From positions 22,769,655-22,833,654 of the forward strand of contig NC_069004.1 of NCBI RefSeq assembly GCF_001194135.2: a stretch of DNA of 64,000 nucleotides. Reading direction: 5' to 3'. The notes under the pieces were generated by a model that saw only the letters and a program-made list of their open reading frames with translations, searched no databases and was not told the DNA's origin. Within the stretch, counting starts at the first letter, position 1, and every line of letters starts with the position of its first letter. The DNA comes from Octopus bimaculoides. Its lineage: Eukaryota. Made by a program: the position numbers and the translations under genes. Shown piece after piece: positions 25,785-39,060 of the stretch.

Positions 25785-26190
25785 TTACACTCTTACTTGT
25801 TTCAGTCATTTGACTGTGGCCATGCTGGAGCACCGCCTTTAGTCGAGCAAATCGACCCCAGGACTTATTCTTTGTAAGCCTAGTACTTATTCTATCGGTC
25901 TCTTTTGCCAAACCACTAAGATATGGAGACATAAACACACCAGCGTCAGTTGTCAAGTGATGTTGGGAAGACAAACACAGACACACAAACATATACACAC
26001 ACACATACATATATCTATATGTACATATATACGACGGGCTTCTTTCAGTTTCCATCTACCAAATCCACTGACAAGGCTTTGGTCGGCCTGAGGCTATAGT
26101 AGAAGACACTTGCCCAAGGTGTCACGCAGTGGGACTGAACCTGGAACCATGTGATTCGTAAGCAAGCTACTTACCACACAGCCACTCCTA
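25785..26190 (-). mobile_element. SINE family A copy, near full length
   Basis: Closely resembles 1291-1705 along its whole length. Confidence 0.85.
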
Positions 26191-27680
26191 TGGTTGTTAA
26201 AATAAGAACCAGTTGAACATTGGGGTCGATGTAATTGATTTTCCCCCTCCCCGAAATTGCTGGCCTTGTGCCAAAATTTGAAACCACTATCATACAAGCA
26301 ATGTTGATCATTTCCAGTCTCATGGGGTAACATGTCTGGCCATGGGATAATATAACCATGCCTGGAAATAGGTAAGGGTTGACAACAGGATGGGTATCCA
26401 ACCATTGAGAATCTGCTTAAAAAAAATTCCATCTAACCCATGCAAGCTTGAAAAAGTGTACATTAAGTGATGATGATAATGAATTCACACAGTATTGGTT
26501 ATCTAATTATTGGTTTAAAATTTTGGCACATGACTAGAAAGTTCGGAGGAGGGTCTATGTTGGTTAAATCGACCCCAGTGCTCAACTGGTACTTATCTTA
26601 TCAACCCTGAAAGGATGAAAGGCAAAGTCAACCTCGGCAGAATTCAAACTCAGAATGTAAAGATGGATGAAACGCTGCTAAGCGTTTTGCCCAGCATACT
26701 AATGATCCTACTAGCTTGCGACCTTCTTGATCATTTAATTGTTAACGTTGGGCTCTTAACCATTATATGAACAAGTTGTACCACTCACACTCTTGTTTAT
26801 GTTTTTATAAGTAGCTTTTAAAATTCTTAAAGAGAGATGGTTGGAGGGTAGGAGTAAGTGATCCCTGATGAGCCTTAAAAAAGAGGAAACTAATAAGTTT
26901 GATCATTTTACCAAGCTACTCAAAATCTTCTAGTTTATCTACAAGGTTTTAATTTTATAGCATGACTTAATATGTGATTATATGATGTATAGATGCAATA
27001 TCATGTGTGTGTGTGTGATTTTCCTTTGGGATTTATTTAATTCTTTTGTTTTGCAGAATTCAAGTGGTCACAAGCAAAGTGGCACAGCTCGTTTAAGGCA
27101 AGACATCTCTTGGGGTTTGAGAATGTGTGTGTGTTTGGGTGTATGTGTGTGGACAGGTGCGTGTGTGTGCACATGTGTGTCTGCGTATGCACTTGTGTGT
27201 GTGTATAAGGAGTGATGGTAGCAGTAGTGGCAGCAATGGTTAACTCTTTTGGTACCAACCCTCCAGAGACCTCCCACTTGTTCTATGATATAAACTTTTG
27301 TTTTTTTAAAGTGATCTAAATTAAAACTTTCCATCAAAATTGCTCGTTAATTTATGCTCTGAATAGCAACAGAGCTTTTCTAATGGACTGATTTCCTAAT
27401 GACAAAATTATTTTTCTAAGTTGTTCATTATTTTTAAAATGAACTAAAACAAAAGCACTGTGTTTTGAACAGAAATATGGTACTGCTTTGGTTTGCCTGT
27501 CTTTGACTCTGCAGAACATCCAGGAGCTGGCAACTATTGGGAGATGGTTGTAGCAACACTTGACTGGCATACATTTTTGCAGTCAAGTCCAAGAATTGAA
27601 CCTACAATCTTATGATCATGAGCCTGAACTGCAAGCCACCAGGCAAAATACAATACATGTGTGTGGGTGTGATATTTATA

Positions 27681-28000
27681 GTGAAGGCACATGGCTTAGT
27701 GGTTAGGGTATTCAGCTGATGATCATAATGTTGTGAGTTTGATTCTCAGAAACGTGTTATGTCCTTCAGCAAGACACTTTATTTCACATTGCTCCAGCCC
27801 ACTCAACTGGCCAAAATGAGTTGTACCTGTAGTTCAAACGACCAGCCTTGTCACATTTTGTGTCATATTGAATCTACCTGAGAACTACATTAAGGGTACA
27901 CGTGTTTGTGGAGTACTCGGCCATTTGCACATTAATTTCATGAGTAGACTGTTCCATTGATCGGATCAACTGGAACCGTCATCATCATAACAGATGCAGT
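27681..28000 (+). mobile_element. tRNA-derived SINE family C
   Basis: A-box tggcttagtgg, degenerate B-box gtttgattc, then ttgctccagcccactcaactggccaaaatgagt. The head is shared with 40794-41092 and 43222-43440, whose 3' halves differ. Confidence 0.75.
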
Positions 28001-28469
28001 ATTAGTTATTTATCAGTGTGTAAAGCAATGCATGTATATATGTGTGTGTGTGGGTGTATACTATTTCTATTTAATCTTATTTTAATGTGTATATAAAGAA
28101 GAATAACAGTGATGTTCATGCTGATGGTAGCAGCAGTAATAACGATGGTGGTTACTATTATAGCTGTGGAGGTAGTAGTATTGGTGGTGGTAGTGATACT
28201 GGTTGCAGTAGTAGAAGAATTACCAGAATATAAAACTTAAGTTCAGATGCCCTCTATTCAAAAACCCCAAAACAAGACATTAATTGTAAGTGCCCATCCC
28301 CTGCCCTCATACACACCCTCCTATCTTGTTTCCAATTTACAAACATAAAATTAATTACATGATACATAATATCGTTACTACAAATCGTTTGTTTTTAAAG
28401 AAAATTAAACTATTATGCAACAACCTTTTCATTTTTTTTATATATATATTTGTGTGTGTGTGTGTAAAT

Positions 28470-28569
28470 NNNNNNNNNNNNNNNNNNNNNNNNNNNNNNN
28501 NNNNNNNNNNNNNNNNNNNNNNNNNNNNNNNNNNNNNNNNNNNNNNNNNNNNNNNNNNNNNNNNNNNNN
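28470..28569. other. Assembly gap (100 N)
   Basis: N run. Confidence 1.
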
Positions 28570-29399
28570 TATATATATATATATATATATTTATCTCTTT
28601 CTTTATATATTCCTCATGGAATAAATATATACTCTAAACAGCAAACCATGTGTGCAATGAAAGTTATATGTGTGTTTGTATCTTTGTTTACACACACACA
28701 CACTTTGCATATATGTTTCTATCTGTATATATATACATATATGTATTTATATGTATATATGTTTGCAAGCATTTGTGTGTGTGTGTGTATTTCTTTTATC
28801 TTTTACTTGTTTCAATCATTTGACTGCAGCCATGCTGGAACACCACCTTGAAGGATTTTAGCTTCTTTCAGTTTCTGTCCATCATATCCATTCATAAGGC
28901 CTTGGTTGGCCCAAGGCTATAGTAGAAGTCACTTGCCCAAGGCTATAGTAGAAGTCACTTGCCCAAGGTGTCATGCAGTGGGATTGAACCAAAAACCATG
29001 TGGTTGGGAAGCAAGCTTCTTACCACATAGCCATGCCTGCACCTTCTAAATAATTGTAAATGTATATAATATACATATGCCCATATATACATATATATGT
29101 GCACACAAATTTATCATGGTGATGATGATAATTAGATCTGTTATTGTTTTTTTTTATACTTGCATGGTTTGGATAAGTTTTCTCCAACACAGCATCCTAC
29201 CACTTGCTATGTTCGTTTGCCTTTTCTCTTGAAGGTTCAGCTTCCTGAGACCCCCCCCCCCCTTCGCCACCTCAGCCTATATCTTCCTGGGTCTTCTTTC
29301 ACATATTCATGCCAACATTACCATTGCTCTTGCTCACTACAATTCATTCCTCTTTTACCTAGTTTCTCTCTCAGCTTGTCTATGCTGTGGTTTCATGCG

Positions 29400-29790
29400 C
29401 AGTAACACTACACATCTAGCAGATCATATCTCATTTCTTTCCAAATTTTGCACACTCTCTGCATTCAGTGGTCACATCTCATTACCACGCAACATTATGG
29501 ATCATAGACAAGCATTGTACAATTTTCACTTCACTCAGAGAGAATCCCTTTGTTCCCACCAGAAGTAACAATTCACTGGAATTTTTCCGCCCTAATATAA
29601 TTGTGGCCAATACATTTTTCGGTATACTTTCTCCCACTGCTGATTAGGTCACCTAGGTTAGAGAAGCTAGCAACCACTTTTGTAGGGCCTCCCAAACATT
29701 ACACAGAGTTTACTTTACTAGTGTTCCAAGGGATCACTACTCCTGTACACATACCACAGGTAGAGTCCCTAATGTCCTGTCAACTGCCAG
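29400..29790 (-). mobile_element. Decayed RTE-like LINE fragment (post-RT region)
   Basis: Minus-strand VVASFSNLGDLISSG and downstream similarity to the FxYLG...KGKLY...ETW region; heavily mutated. Confidence 0.55.
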
Positions 29791-29819
29791 CAGCCTCTGC
29801 ATGATAGCTTAAGGCATGC

Positions 29820-30800
29820 AGTGTCTGCTAATATACAGACATGCGCTGAGGTTGTGCCACCTGCCATGATTCCTATGGATGTGTATGAATACTGTTTGTG
29901 CAACATGTCTTTCCACAGCTCATCACCTTGATGGAGCTGCAGTTTTGAGTGAAGGAAAAACCAAGACTAAGTGCCTAGTATCCAGAATGTTGTCAGGTAT
30001 GTGCCACCCTCTACCAGATGAGCAATGGGATCAGTGGACATTTCACTTTAGCAATCTATAAAGGATTAGTGGAGGGGAAGTGTGACAACATTCTCAAGAA
30101 GACTCTGGACATAAAAAAAAAATGAAGTGGCTAATCTGTTCCAGTGGACTTTCTGGTCAGGACTACCATGGATAATTTCCAGAAGTCCTTGGCCTGGCAG
30201 TGCTACAGAGGGGTGCTACTGGTTTGAGATAGACTCTAAAGGCATGAATGTGCTGTTAGATGGGCTTATTCAAGATGCATGCAAAGTGATGATACCATTC
30301 TGCATGCAGTCATTCAGTATCTGGGAATTTTCTAATTTGTGGAGTAGGTCAAATAGCTGCTGTTGCATGTGGGATGGATCTGTCTATCAGCCAAGTCCAT
30401 AGTGATGATTGTCCTGCCCGCATCATTTAATTGGGCAGGTAAGACAGTTTTCCTTTGGCTGGTGACTTTGGCAAAAGTGGTTGTCTGGTGGATAAGGTTG
30501 AAAGGTTCAAGAACTCAGACATTCCTCTTTGATAGAATCCTCATTGACTTTTCCAAGTTACACTTGAAACAGAAAGTGAGAATGGAGAGGGAGAGGCTGA
30601 CCTCGAGTGAATTTATTGAAAGGCAGGTGAAGTGGCTGAAATGGCACGAATGGATAGCACTGCTCTGAGTTGGAGAACAGGAATTGCAGAGGGCACTTGT
30701 CCCTAGAGTTCAGGGAGATCTTGGATGGTAGGGTTCCTCAATTGACCCAAGAGGTTCTCCTGTATCAGGAGGCTCACATCACTATCACCTTTTCCTGTTT
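29820..30800 (+). mobile_element. Tx1/L1-clade LINE 3' fragment, same family as 48530-50210
   Basis: atggataatttccagaagtccttggcctggcag is near-identical to 49945 onward. C-terminal KVVVWWIRLKG...HLKQKVRMERERL. Confidence 0.7.
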
Positions 30801-30889
30801 TTTGCTCATGTATATTTCTTTTCTTTTATTTATACAGTATACTGTGTATATGAAAGTATATACAGTATACAGTATGCTTTGTATATATA

Positions 30890-30899
30890 NNNNNNNNNN
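30890..30899. other. Assembly gap (10 N)
   Basis: N run in a TA-rich tract. Confidence 1.
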
Positions 30900-30999
30900 A
30901 TATATATATAATTATTCCATTCTATGTATATCCCTACACTATATGTCTGTCTTTGTATTGTCCTCCCTCATCCATTACCCTGATGGCAAGTAAAAATGT

Positions 31000-32180
31000 T
31001 TTGGTTTTGCTTTAATTTATTCGAGTTGCACCCAAGTCTCAACCAGAGACATCAATAGACAAGGTTTTGCTTCTGAAAATGATAAGAGGTGAGGTGCCAT
31101 GATGCAATTGAAAACATTGATAACTGTGGAACAACAGAAAAAAGAATCAGTAAGGTTGCATTTATGTGGAGAGGGATTTCGTCTACATCATTGTTTGCTC
31201 CTCTTGATATCATTTCAAGTGCCTCAGTAATAATAGGTAATGTTGTTGTTTTGAGATGCCACTTTTTCCCTATTTCAGTCTCCAGATCCTAATATTATCT
31301 CAGTTTTTCAAACATTTTCAGAGATACATTCTGTTGGCTGGGGCTGCACCATTAATCAGAAGACAAGTCTTTTCAATATAATTTTCCACAATGAGATCTG
31401 GTCAGTTTGCCTGTATTTCCTGATCAGTCTGAACACTGAAATTCCAAAAGATGTTAACCTTGGCATTCTGGGCAAATTGTGGTGGCTTTTATTCCCACCA
31501 ATTGTTTCAGTGAGGCGGGTTGTAGGTACAGCATGTTGACCAGTGTATGTACTGAGCTAGCCTGCCATGTCTTTGCAAGCATTCTGTTGGTGCTAGCCTG
31601 TTGCATCCAGAGATTATGTGGTTGATTGTCTCTGGATGCTTTCCACATATGCGGCATGATGAGCTGCTTTCATATTTCAGGACATTACTCTGGTAATTCC
31701 TAGTTGAAAGCAACTGGTCTTGATCAGAAATGATATACCCTTCAGTTTCTGGTTTGAGACCAGAGCATGACAGCCACTGGTGAGTTAGGACTTGATATAC
31801 ATAAAGGTCCTTGATTCTAGTCAGGTATTTGCCATGCAGTGACCTTTTCTCCTGGTTTTTCTTAATACATTGGAGGCTGGTTTGTTTGGAGATACTGGTT
31901 CATCTTGTTGCATTTCTTGGAGGTATACTTTTGGTATCTTCATGTTTCAGAACCAGCTTTAACATCCAGTTGTTTATTTGTTGCAGATAGCTAGAAAGTC
32001 CCATGGTTGCAATTTTCAATGAAAGTTTGGCTTGTATTGACCCCAACTGCTTTCTTTCCTCAGGACATGTATTCGGTCTGAGTCTGCTTTTCAGCGATAC
32101 TTATGCTGCATTATCATCAGCTTTTGTATTTTGGCATCAACTTTGCTGATCTCAGAGAGAGACCAGTTTATAATATTGAA
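31000..32180 (-). mobile_element. Dong/R4-clade LINE 3' fragment (CCHC knuckle and RLE)
   Basis: CRICGKHPETINHIISGCNRLAPTECLQRHGRLAQYIHW is the R4/Dong zinc-knuckle motif. Confidence 0.8.
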
Positions 32181-32819
32181 GTCTTACGTGATTACAGGCA
32201 TGGCCAATGTGCTTATGGCCTCAATTTTTTTTTTTTTTTTTTTGTGGCATTCAGCTTGGTTTTCAGAATTGCTCTTACTCTTTGGTAGTATTCCTTCCGT
32301 ACCTTTTCTCATTAACGAACATTTAATCCCATCTCCTTCACAAACTCTTAGATACTTTTAACCAAAAAAAATGAGCTGATCATTTGTATGAGTGTGTGTG
32401 TGTATCTGTTACCTTTCACTTTGGTGTCTCTGTGGTCATCTGTTCAATCAGAGTTGATCTAGGGCAGTGGAGCTCAAGCAGGGTTCATATGACCCCTGGG
32501 TGGGGGTGGGGGTGGAACCATATAAGATTTTTGGGGTTTGTGAAAACAAAACAGTAAATTGGGGATTTACTAGGATTCAATTGAAATCATTACGAGCTGC
32601 AAAGATGGTGGTGATGGGGGCATCAGGGGGCAATAGTAACAGCAGTAGCAGCCACGTCAGTGGTGGCAGTGATGGCGGTGGTGGTGGTGGTGGTGGTGGC
32701 GACGGTGGAATTTCTTGTTAGTAGTCTTGCTAATTTGAGAACACAGATTTCATGGTAAGACAGTTTGACATCTATTTTTAGCATACAAGGAATCCACATA
32801 GTGGTCTCTCCTATTGTTT

Positions 32820-33277
32820 ATATTTCATTTCTTTCCTTTTTCTTAAACATAATCTTTTTATTCTTTCTTTTATTTCTTCTTTCATTCTCTCTTTTCTCTT
32901 TCATTTTCTTTTCTTCTTTTTTCTCTCTTTTTCATTACTTTTTCTCATTCTCTCTTTCCAGTTTTCTTGTTCTCTATCATTACTTTTCTCTCTCTCTCTC
33001 TCTATCTATCTCCTCTCTCTCTCTCTATCTCCTCTCTCTGTCTCTCTCTATCTCCTCTCTCTCCTCTCTCTCTCTCTCTCTCTATCTCCTCTCTCTCTCT
33101 ATCTCCTCTCTCCCTATCTCCTCTCTCTGTCTCTATCTCTCCTCTCTATCTCCTGTCTCTCTCTCTCTCTCTCTCTATCTCTATCTTCTCTCCTTATCTC
33201 TATTTCTCTCTCTTTCTGTCTGTCTGTCTGTCTCTCTCTCTGTATTTCTCTCTTCCCTCTCCCTCTCACCCCTATCT

Positions 33278-33319
<42 letters not shown>

Positions 33320-33365
33320 CTCTCTCTCTTCCCTCTCTCTCTATCACCCCCATCTCTCATCCCCC
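32820..33365. repeat. Pyrimidine-rich compound (TC/TCTA)n low-complexity tract
   Basis: Directly visible. Confidence 0.95.
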
Positions 33366-34032
33366 AATTCAACAGTCAGTGTCGATTTCTGCTGACTTGC
33401 CCCAATCTCTGCTCCTCCCTTGCTCATTCCCTTGGGAGGGTTGATCAGAGCAGAGAGATTTACTGGTGGTTTTCATGTTATTTAACCCTAGGTCTGTTTT
33501 GATCGAACAGACTCATGATCAAAGACATTCCAATTGTGATCACTCTGCTTTTTCATGAGTCATTGTATACCTTGGACTACATTATCCAATGTGATCTTGT
33601 TTTAAAGACTGATAGGCTGTAATTGAAAAGATCTTTGGCTGCTCTTTCAAGCAAACTAGGCTACAACTTAAAGGTTCTCTTGTTGTTATCACTGGTGGTG
33701 GCGGTGGTGGTGTTGATGGTGGTGGTGGTGGTGGTGGTGGTGGTGGTGGCGGTGGCGGTGGCGGCAGTGTAGTGATGAAAGATCAGTGCACTGTTTTGGG
33801 TTTCTTTTTCCCCTTGCTTGCAATCTTATCCTTCCCCACTCACTACCACATCACCACCACTGTCACTGTCACCCCCACCACCACCACAATCACACCACAT
33901 CCAACTCAGCACCCCACCACCTTCCCAATTGAGCTCCAAGACATTTTTGCCACCAAAATTAGTGTTGTCTGACAGTATCTTCTTACAAACTGTTCTCTTA
34001 CTTGACCTAATAACTTTGTGTTCTTCACATGA

Positions 34033-34065
<33 letters not shown>

Positions 34066-34743
34066 AAGAGTTGAGGGTTTTTTTTAAGTGCTGGGATTAA
34101 TACCTCATCTCCCCCAAAATCTTTTATGGGGAGGGCTGGGTTGTGCTTAAGTTAGAATTTCTTTCTTGGGTTGTTTAAAAATAAGTACCAATTAAATGCT
34201 GAGATGGTTCTAATGAAACAAATTTTTTTAATCTGGTATTCTCCACCATATTTGTGGCCCCTTAACTAAGCTAGAATTTCTTTCTGGGTTGTGAAAATAA
34301 GTATGAATCAAGCACTGCAGTTGATCTGTTCAACAATGAAACTGATACACTGCAACCATACTTGAGGCCCCATGTCTAAATTACAGTTTCTTCCTGGTAC
34401 TTTGTAAGTACCAGTTAAGTACTAGAGAAGATCTGTTGGACTTCATGTTCATTCTAGAAATGGTTCCAAAGTTGACCAAGTAAGTACCAGTCATGTACTG
34501 AGGTGGATCTAATTCGCTATGTCTTGTTGCCTAATTTGCAGCTTTGTGCCAAAATTGGATTTTCTTTTTGATCCTTGTTCTGAGAACTGAAGGAGCCCCC
34601 TAGATTTTATTCTACTTTTATATTTATTTGTTTGTTAATGTTGTTATTTTGTTATTGTTATGATTTCACTCCTGTTTCAGAAAATGTATTTGGTTTTACT
34701 CCAAAAATATTATGTTTCATTGTGTGTGTGCGTGTGCGTGTGC

Positions 34744-34784
<41 letters not shown>

Positions 34785-35559
34785 GAGAACTGTGGTATTA
34801 AGATCAAACTACATCTATATTTCCTCCCCACCACACACACCTTTTCCAGGATTCTTGTAGAATGGGGTCACATCTACCCCATATTAATAATTAGTTCAAG
34901 ATATAATTAATTAAAACCCCTGGAAGCAGAATCCCCAGTATGCTCAATATGATTGCAGTCCAAAGACTTATGGCTGTGTGATGAAGAATTTCAAAACCAC
35001 ATGGTTTCAGATTCAGTCCCTTTAATGTGGCACCTTTGGCATGTGGCTTCTATTAAAGTCCCAGGCTGACAAAAGTGTTGTGAGTAAATTTTGTAGATTG
35101 AAACTGAAAGAAGACAGACAGCCGACAACTGATGAAGTGTGTTAACGTGTCCTGTTTCCCATTTTTTCTTATTGTTTATGTATTTCACTTGTTTTTCCCT
35201 TGTTCGTTTACGTATTTCATATTATTTGCACCATTGGTGACATCCTGTACCCATATTTCCAGGTATATATATATTTATATATATACAACTTTACATAGAC
35301 CTACACATGTTTCAATTGCTCCGATTAGTAACCATTGTAATTGCAACCCTTCTATAATACTGGTGCAGTTTCTTCAGGGTCTTTACTTAATATCCATCAA
35401 TTTAACTGTTTAAAGTTTTTCATTTATCTACTCTGCATTGTATGAGTTGTTTGTTAAGTTAGACACAAACAATCTCCATTTCAATTTTGGATAATCACTT
35501 ATAGTCCATTATCTCAAAACATTCTGCTGTTTAGATGTTTATTATTCATTTATACTGGA

Positions 35560-37980
35560 CAAATGTAAATTTTCTCATGTGCAAGCATCTCAAAGCTTGT
35601 TCCTATCTAGAATTTATTACATTTCCCTCAGATATAAAAATCTGGTAAAATTCACCTAAGCATAAGTCACATCTTTTAGTTCCAGGTCTGTATGGTTTTG
35701 TAGTACAAATTAATTCCCAATTGATAGTATAGTCTTTGTTTCTGTCTTTAATAGACCAGATTAATTTACTAAGATTTGTTCGGAATCTTTTACTTTTATA
35801 TCTAAATGAACTCAAATGATTTGCCAGTCTCCTCTTGAAAATTAATGATGTTGCATTGATGTAAAAGTATTCCTTACCCTCAGATGCAACTTTACATCTA
35901 TGTATTACATTGTTAATCTTACATTTATTTTTCACATTACAGGATTCTTGTTTAAAACAACTGCAAAGATAATTTTTTGCATTTCTCTCAGATTTAGTTT
36001 TAATTTGATCATTCATGGTGAAATCAAATTCATTTCCACCTAGGCCTTTATTATTATTTACTCTTTTTGATAACATTATCTTTTTCTATTTCGAGCTGAA
36101 TTTTTATTCAGTTCAACATTATTAACTATAGGGGTTTGTACAAAATAATGGAAGCAATTTAAAATTTCAAACAAATTAATTTTAATATGGAGTAGGACCA
36201 GCTTTGGCAGTAATTACAGCTTGAATTCTACGTATTGTATGAGGTATGGACTCGTACAAAGTTTGAATTGTTTCCAAAGGACTTTTTGTCCATTCTTCAG
36301 CTGAAACAGTTTCCAGTTCTTGTAGTGATGATGGTAGAGGTTATCGACTCCTTACTTGTTTTTCTAAAATGCACCAATGAGTGTTCAATAATATTGAGAC
36401 CTGGGGACTGTGGTGGCCAGATAAGATGTTCAACGTCACTAGAATGTTCCTCGTGCCATTCAGTAACAACTTTAGCTGTGTGAATTGGTGCATTGCCATC
36501 CTGAAAGATTCCGTTTCTCTCCGGAAACAGTTTCGCAACAATAGGATGAATTTGATCAGATAAAATACTTAAATAGTCTTGACTATTAATTCTGCCATGA
36601 AGGGAAACCATTGGGCCAGCAGATTTCCAAGATATAGCCCACCAGATCATCACAGATCCTCCTCCATGTTTAACAGATGGAAGAAGGCAGGTTGGGTCAA
36701 ATGCTTCTTTTGGCTGTCTCCACATGTATACTCAGCCAGTGGTCGGAAATAAGGTAAAGGATAACTCGTCTGAAAAAATAACATTCTTCTACTGCTCTAG
36801 GGATCAATTCTGTAGTTTTTTACTCTACTCTAAATGCTTTGCAATGTTTGTTTTTGAAAGTAGTGGTTTTCTGATTGCAGCCCTCCTGTGAAATCTGGCT
36901 TTGTCCAGCTCCCGGCAAACAGTCTTTGTGGAAACTGAGTGCTCAAGGTAGTCATTAAGCTCTGCAGTAATTTTGGGAGCTGTACTTCTGTGATCCTTTC
37001 TAACAATTCTCGTAAGAGTCCGACGGTCCCTTTCTGAAAGTTTTAGTTTTCTTCTGGAGTTTTGTTTCAATAGGGAGGTTTTTCCCTCTTTCTCAAAGGC
37101 TGTCATTACTTTTGAGACTGTACTTCTTGATACACCAAACATTTCGGCTGTTTTCATTACGCTAGTGCATGCCATCCAAGCACCAACAATTTGACCTCTT
37201 TGAAAGTCTAATACATTTGTCATTTTAATGAATTTTGATTACCTTTTTCTTATGATATCTGAAAAGAAACAGCAATTTTAGCAAAACATATTAAGCAACA
37301 CTAATAATAAATCAAAAAGCATAAAAATAAACAAGCTTTTGACAGTTTTATAGTTATTTCAAAATTATGATGCTATGATATTGGGTGTTTTCATTATTTT
37401 GTCCAACCCCTGTATGTTAAATTATGTTGTTTCCTCTTCAGTAACTTTTAAATTCTTAGCGTTCTCCTCTTCTACTTGAGTTTTTTTATTCTGTTTGGCA
37501 CTATTATGCTTAATATTTACTATCCTACTCTGATTACAACAGCTTTTTTGAAATATCAATATTATTTTTACATTAATATTTTTGCTAAGACAATAAGCCA
37601 TGCAGATCTTATGTTTATTAAAAATTCTATAATATTTATGATTGATTGGAAAATATTTTTCAATTGCTAAATTGAACAATTTGAAAAAATTATAAACTTG
37701 TTTACCAAATGGAGTGATTAACCATAAAGTATTCTTTGAGTTAAGATCATAATCTTGATGTTTATACCTGTTTTTCGAAGGAGTAAATATTCTTAGATTT
37801 CAATCCACCTTAAAGTTAGTGTTTATGTTATCTTTTAAATCTTTTAGTTGTTTTTATATTAAAAGAATTTGAGATTTTATTAAAGAATACTACTTCTTCA
37901 TTTCTATTAGCAGTACGAGAATTTTTAACTTGGTTGTCAACTATCTTATAATTTTTCCTTTTCTTTTAATTATTATAATT
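35560..37980 (-). mobile_element. Penelope-like element (RT thumb and GIY-YIG), split by the Tc1 insertion
   Basis: 37420-37740: LWLITPFGK...NLAIEKYFPINHKYYRIFNKHKICMAY. 35603-36076: CSC...C...YFYINATSLIFKRRLANH...LSKLIWSIK...KRCDLCLGE. Confidence 0.8.
36129..37412 (-). mobile_element. Full-length decayed Tc1 (DD34E-type) transposon, 1284 bp
   Basis: TIRs of about 28 bp (taggggtttgtacaaaataatgga / ttcattattttgtccaacccctg) with TA on both sides. Transposase 37223 to about 36182: HTH region, FSDE, QDGNAPIH, WPPQSPGLNIIE. Four in-frame stops and at least one late frameshift. Confidence 0.95.
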
Positions 37981-38019
37981 GTTCATTGATTTTTTTCTCT
38001 GTTAGAATCACCTAAGTTA

Positions 38020-38510
38020 TTCCATAAATCACCACTGGCTTCAACCACAGCCTCCAGATGATTTTGGAATCTCCTGCAACTCTTCTGAACGGTCTCCTTG
38101 TTTAAGTTGGTGAATGCTGCCATAAACCTTGCCTTCAGTTCATCTTTGGTGTTACAAGGAGTCTTGTTGGTCTCTCGCTCAACTGTGCCCCACACATAAT
38201 TAAGGGGGTTACAGCCTGGGGAGTTAGGTGACCAGACGTTAGGGGTGATGTGGTTGCAGAAATTGTCTGACAGCAATGACTGGGTTCTCCTGCTTGTGTG
38301 GCATGGTGCAGAGTCCTGTTGCCAGGCATAGGGTCTTCCAGCAGCCACCCTCTTGACCCAGGGCAGCACTACCTCGTCCAGGCACTTGATGTAGGCCTCT
38401 GTGTTGTGTCTGGAGCCGAGTGGGCTGATGAATGGAGGCATAACATCGCCATCACTGGTGATCACTGCAAACACCATGATGATTGGAATTTTGATTTTGG
38501 CAAAGGGAAC
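38020..38510 (-). mobile_element. mariner-like maT (DD37D-type) transposase C-terminal fragment
   Basis: IMVFAVITSDG...WQQDSAPCH...WSPNSPGCNPLNYVWG...CRRFQNHLEAVVEASG. Confidence 0.8.
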
Positions 38511-38519
38511 AAGTTGAGG

Positions 38520-39060
38520 ACTCAGTATTTTCTTGAGTGGATGGCAAGGCCTGCTTTGCATCATGCCACAAAACCACAATGGCAGGTAAGCTTTCCATTT
38601 AGAGGAGTAGCATTTTGCCAGCATGCCTTTATGCTTGCACAAAATTTTCCCGATGTTGGAGTTGACATTACTCAAATTGTTGAACTGAGGAGAAGCAGGA
38701 CTGGTGCCAGGTCCTGAGTTCTAATGCTTTGTTTTCCTAAGAAGAAAAGGGAATTTTACATCACTTCAGATTGTCTTTTAGTTTGTCTTTGAAGCCCAAG
38801 CATGGCCTTCCAACTGATCTTCCTGTTGGGAATTGGCCAAAGAGGAGCTGCTTTGGGATTCAGATATCATTCATATGTGAGAGATGACCTGACCATCTAA
38901 GCTGTATTTTGATGAGGATGGCTTCAATACCTGATATATTGCATTTTGTTAGCACCTCACTGTTACGATTATGGTCATCGCATATGAAAAGCATCAAGCT
39001 CGTTGATGTGTTTTCAGTACAAGGTCCAAGATTCGGCACCATAGAGCAATGGTGTCAAAA
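38520..39060 (-). mobile_element. RTE-clade LINE 3' fragment
   Basis: GIEAILIKIQLRWSGHLSHM followed by LPKQLLFGQ...GRP-like sequence. Confidence 0.7.

Noticed and set aside
28909-28968. 26-bp tandem duplication within a SINE
   Set aside because: Ordinary slippage between the SINE's own gcccaagg direct repeats.
32765-33502. 245-aa Leu/Ser-rich ORF; likewise 4976-5491 and 7081-7527
   Set aside because: Translations of microsatellite or low-complexity DNA, with no splice or homology support.
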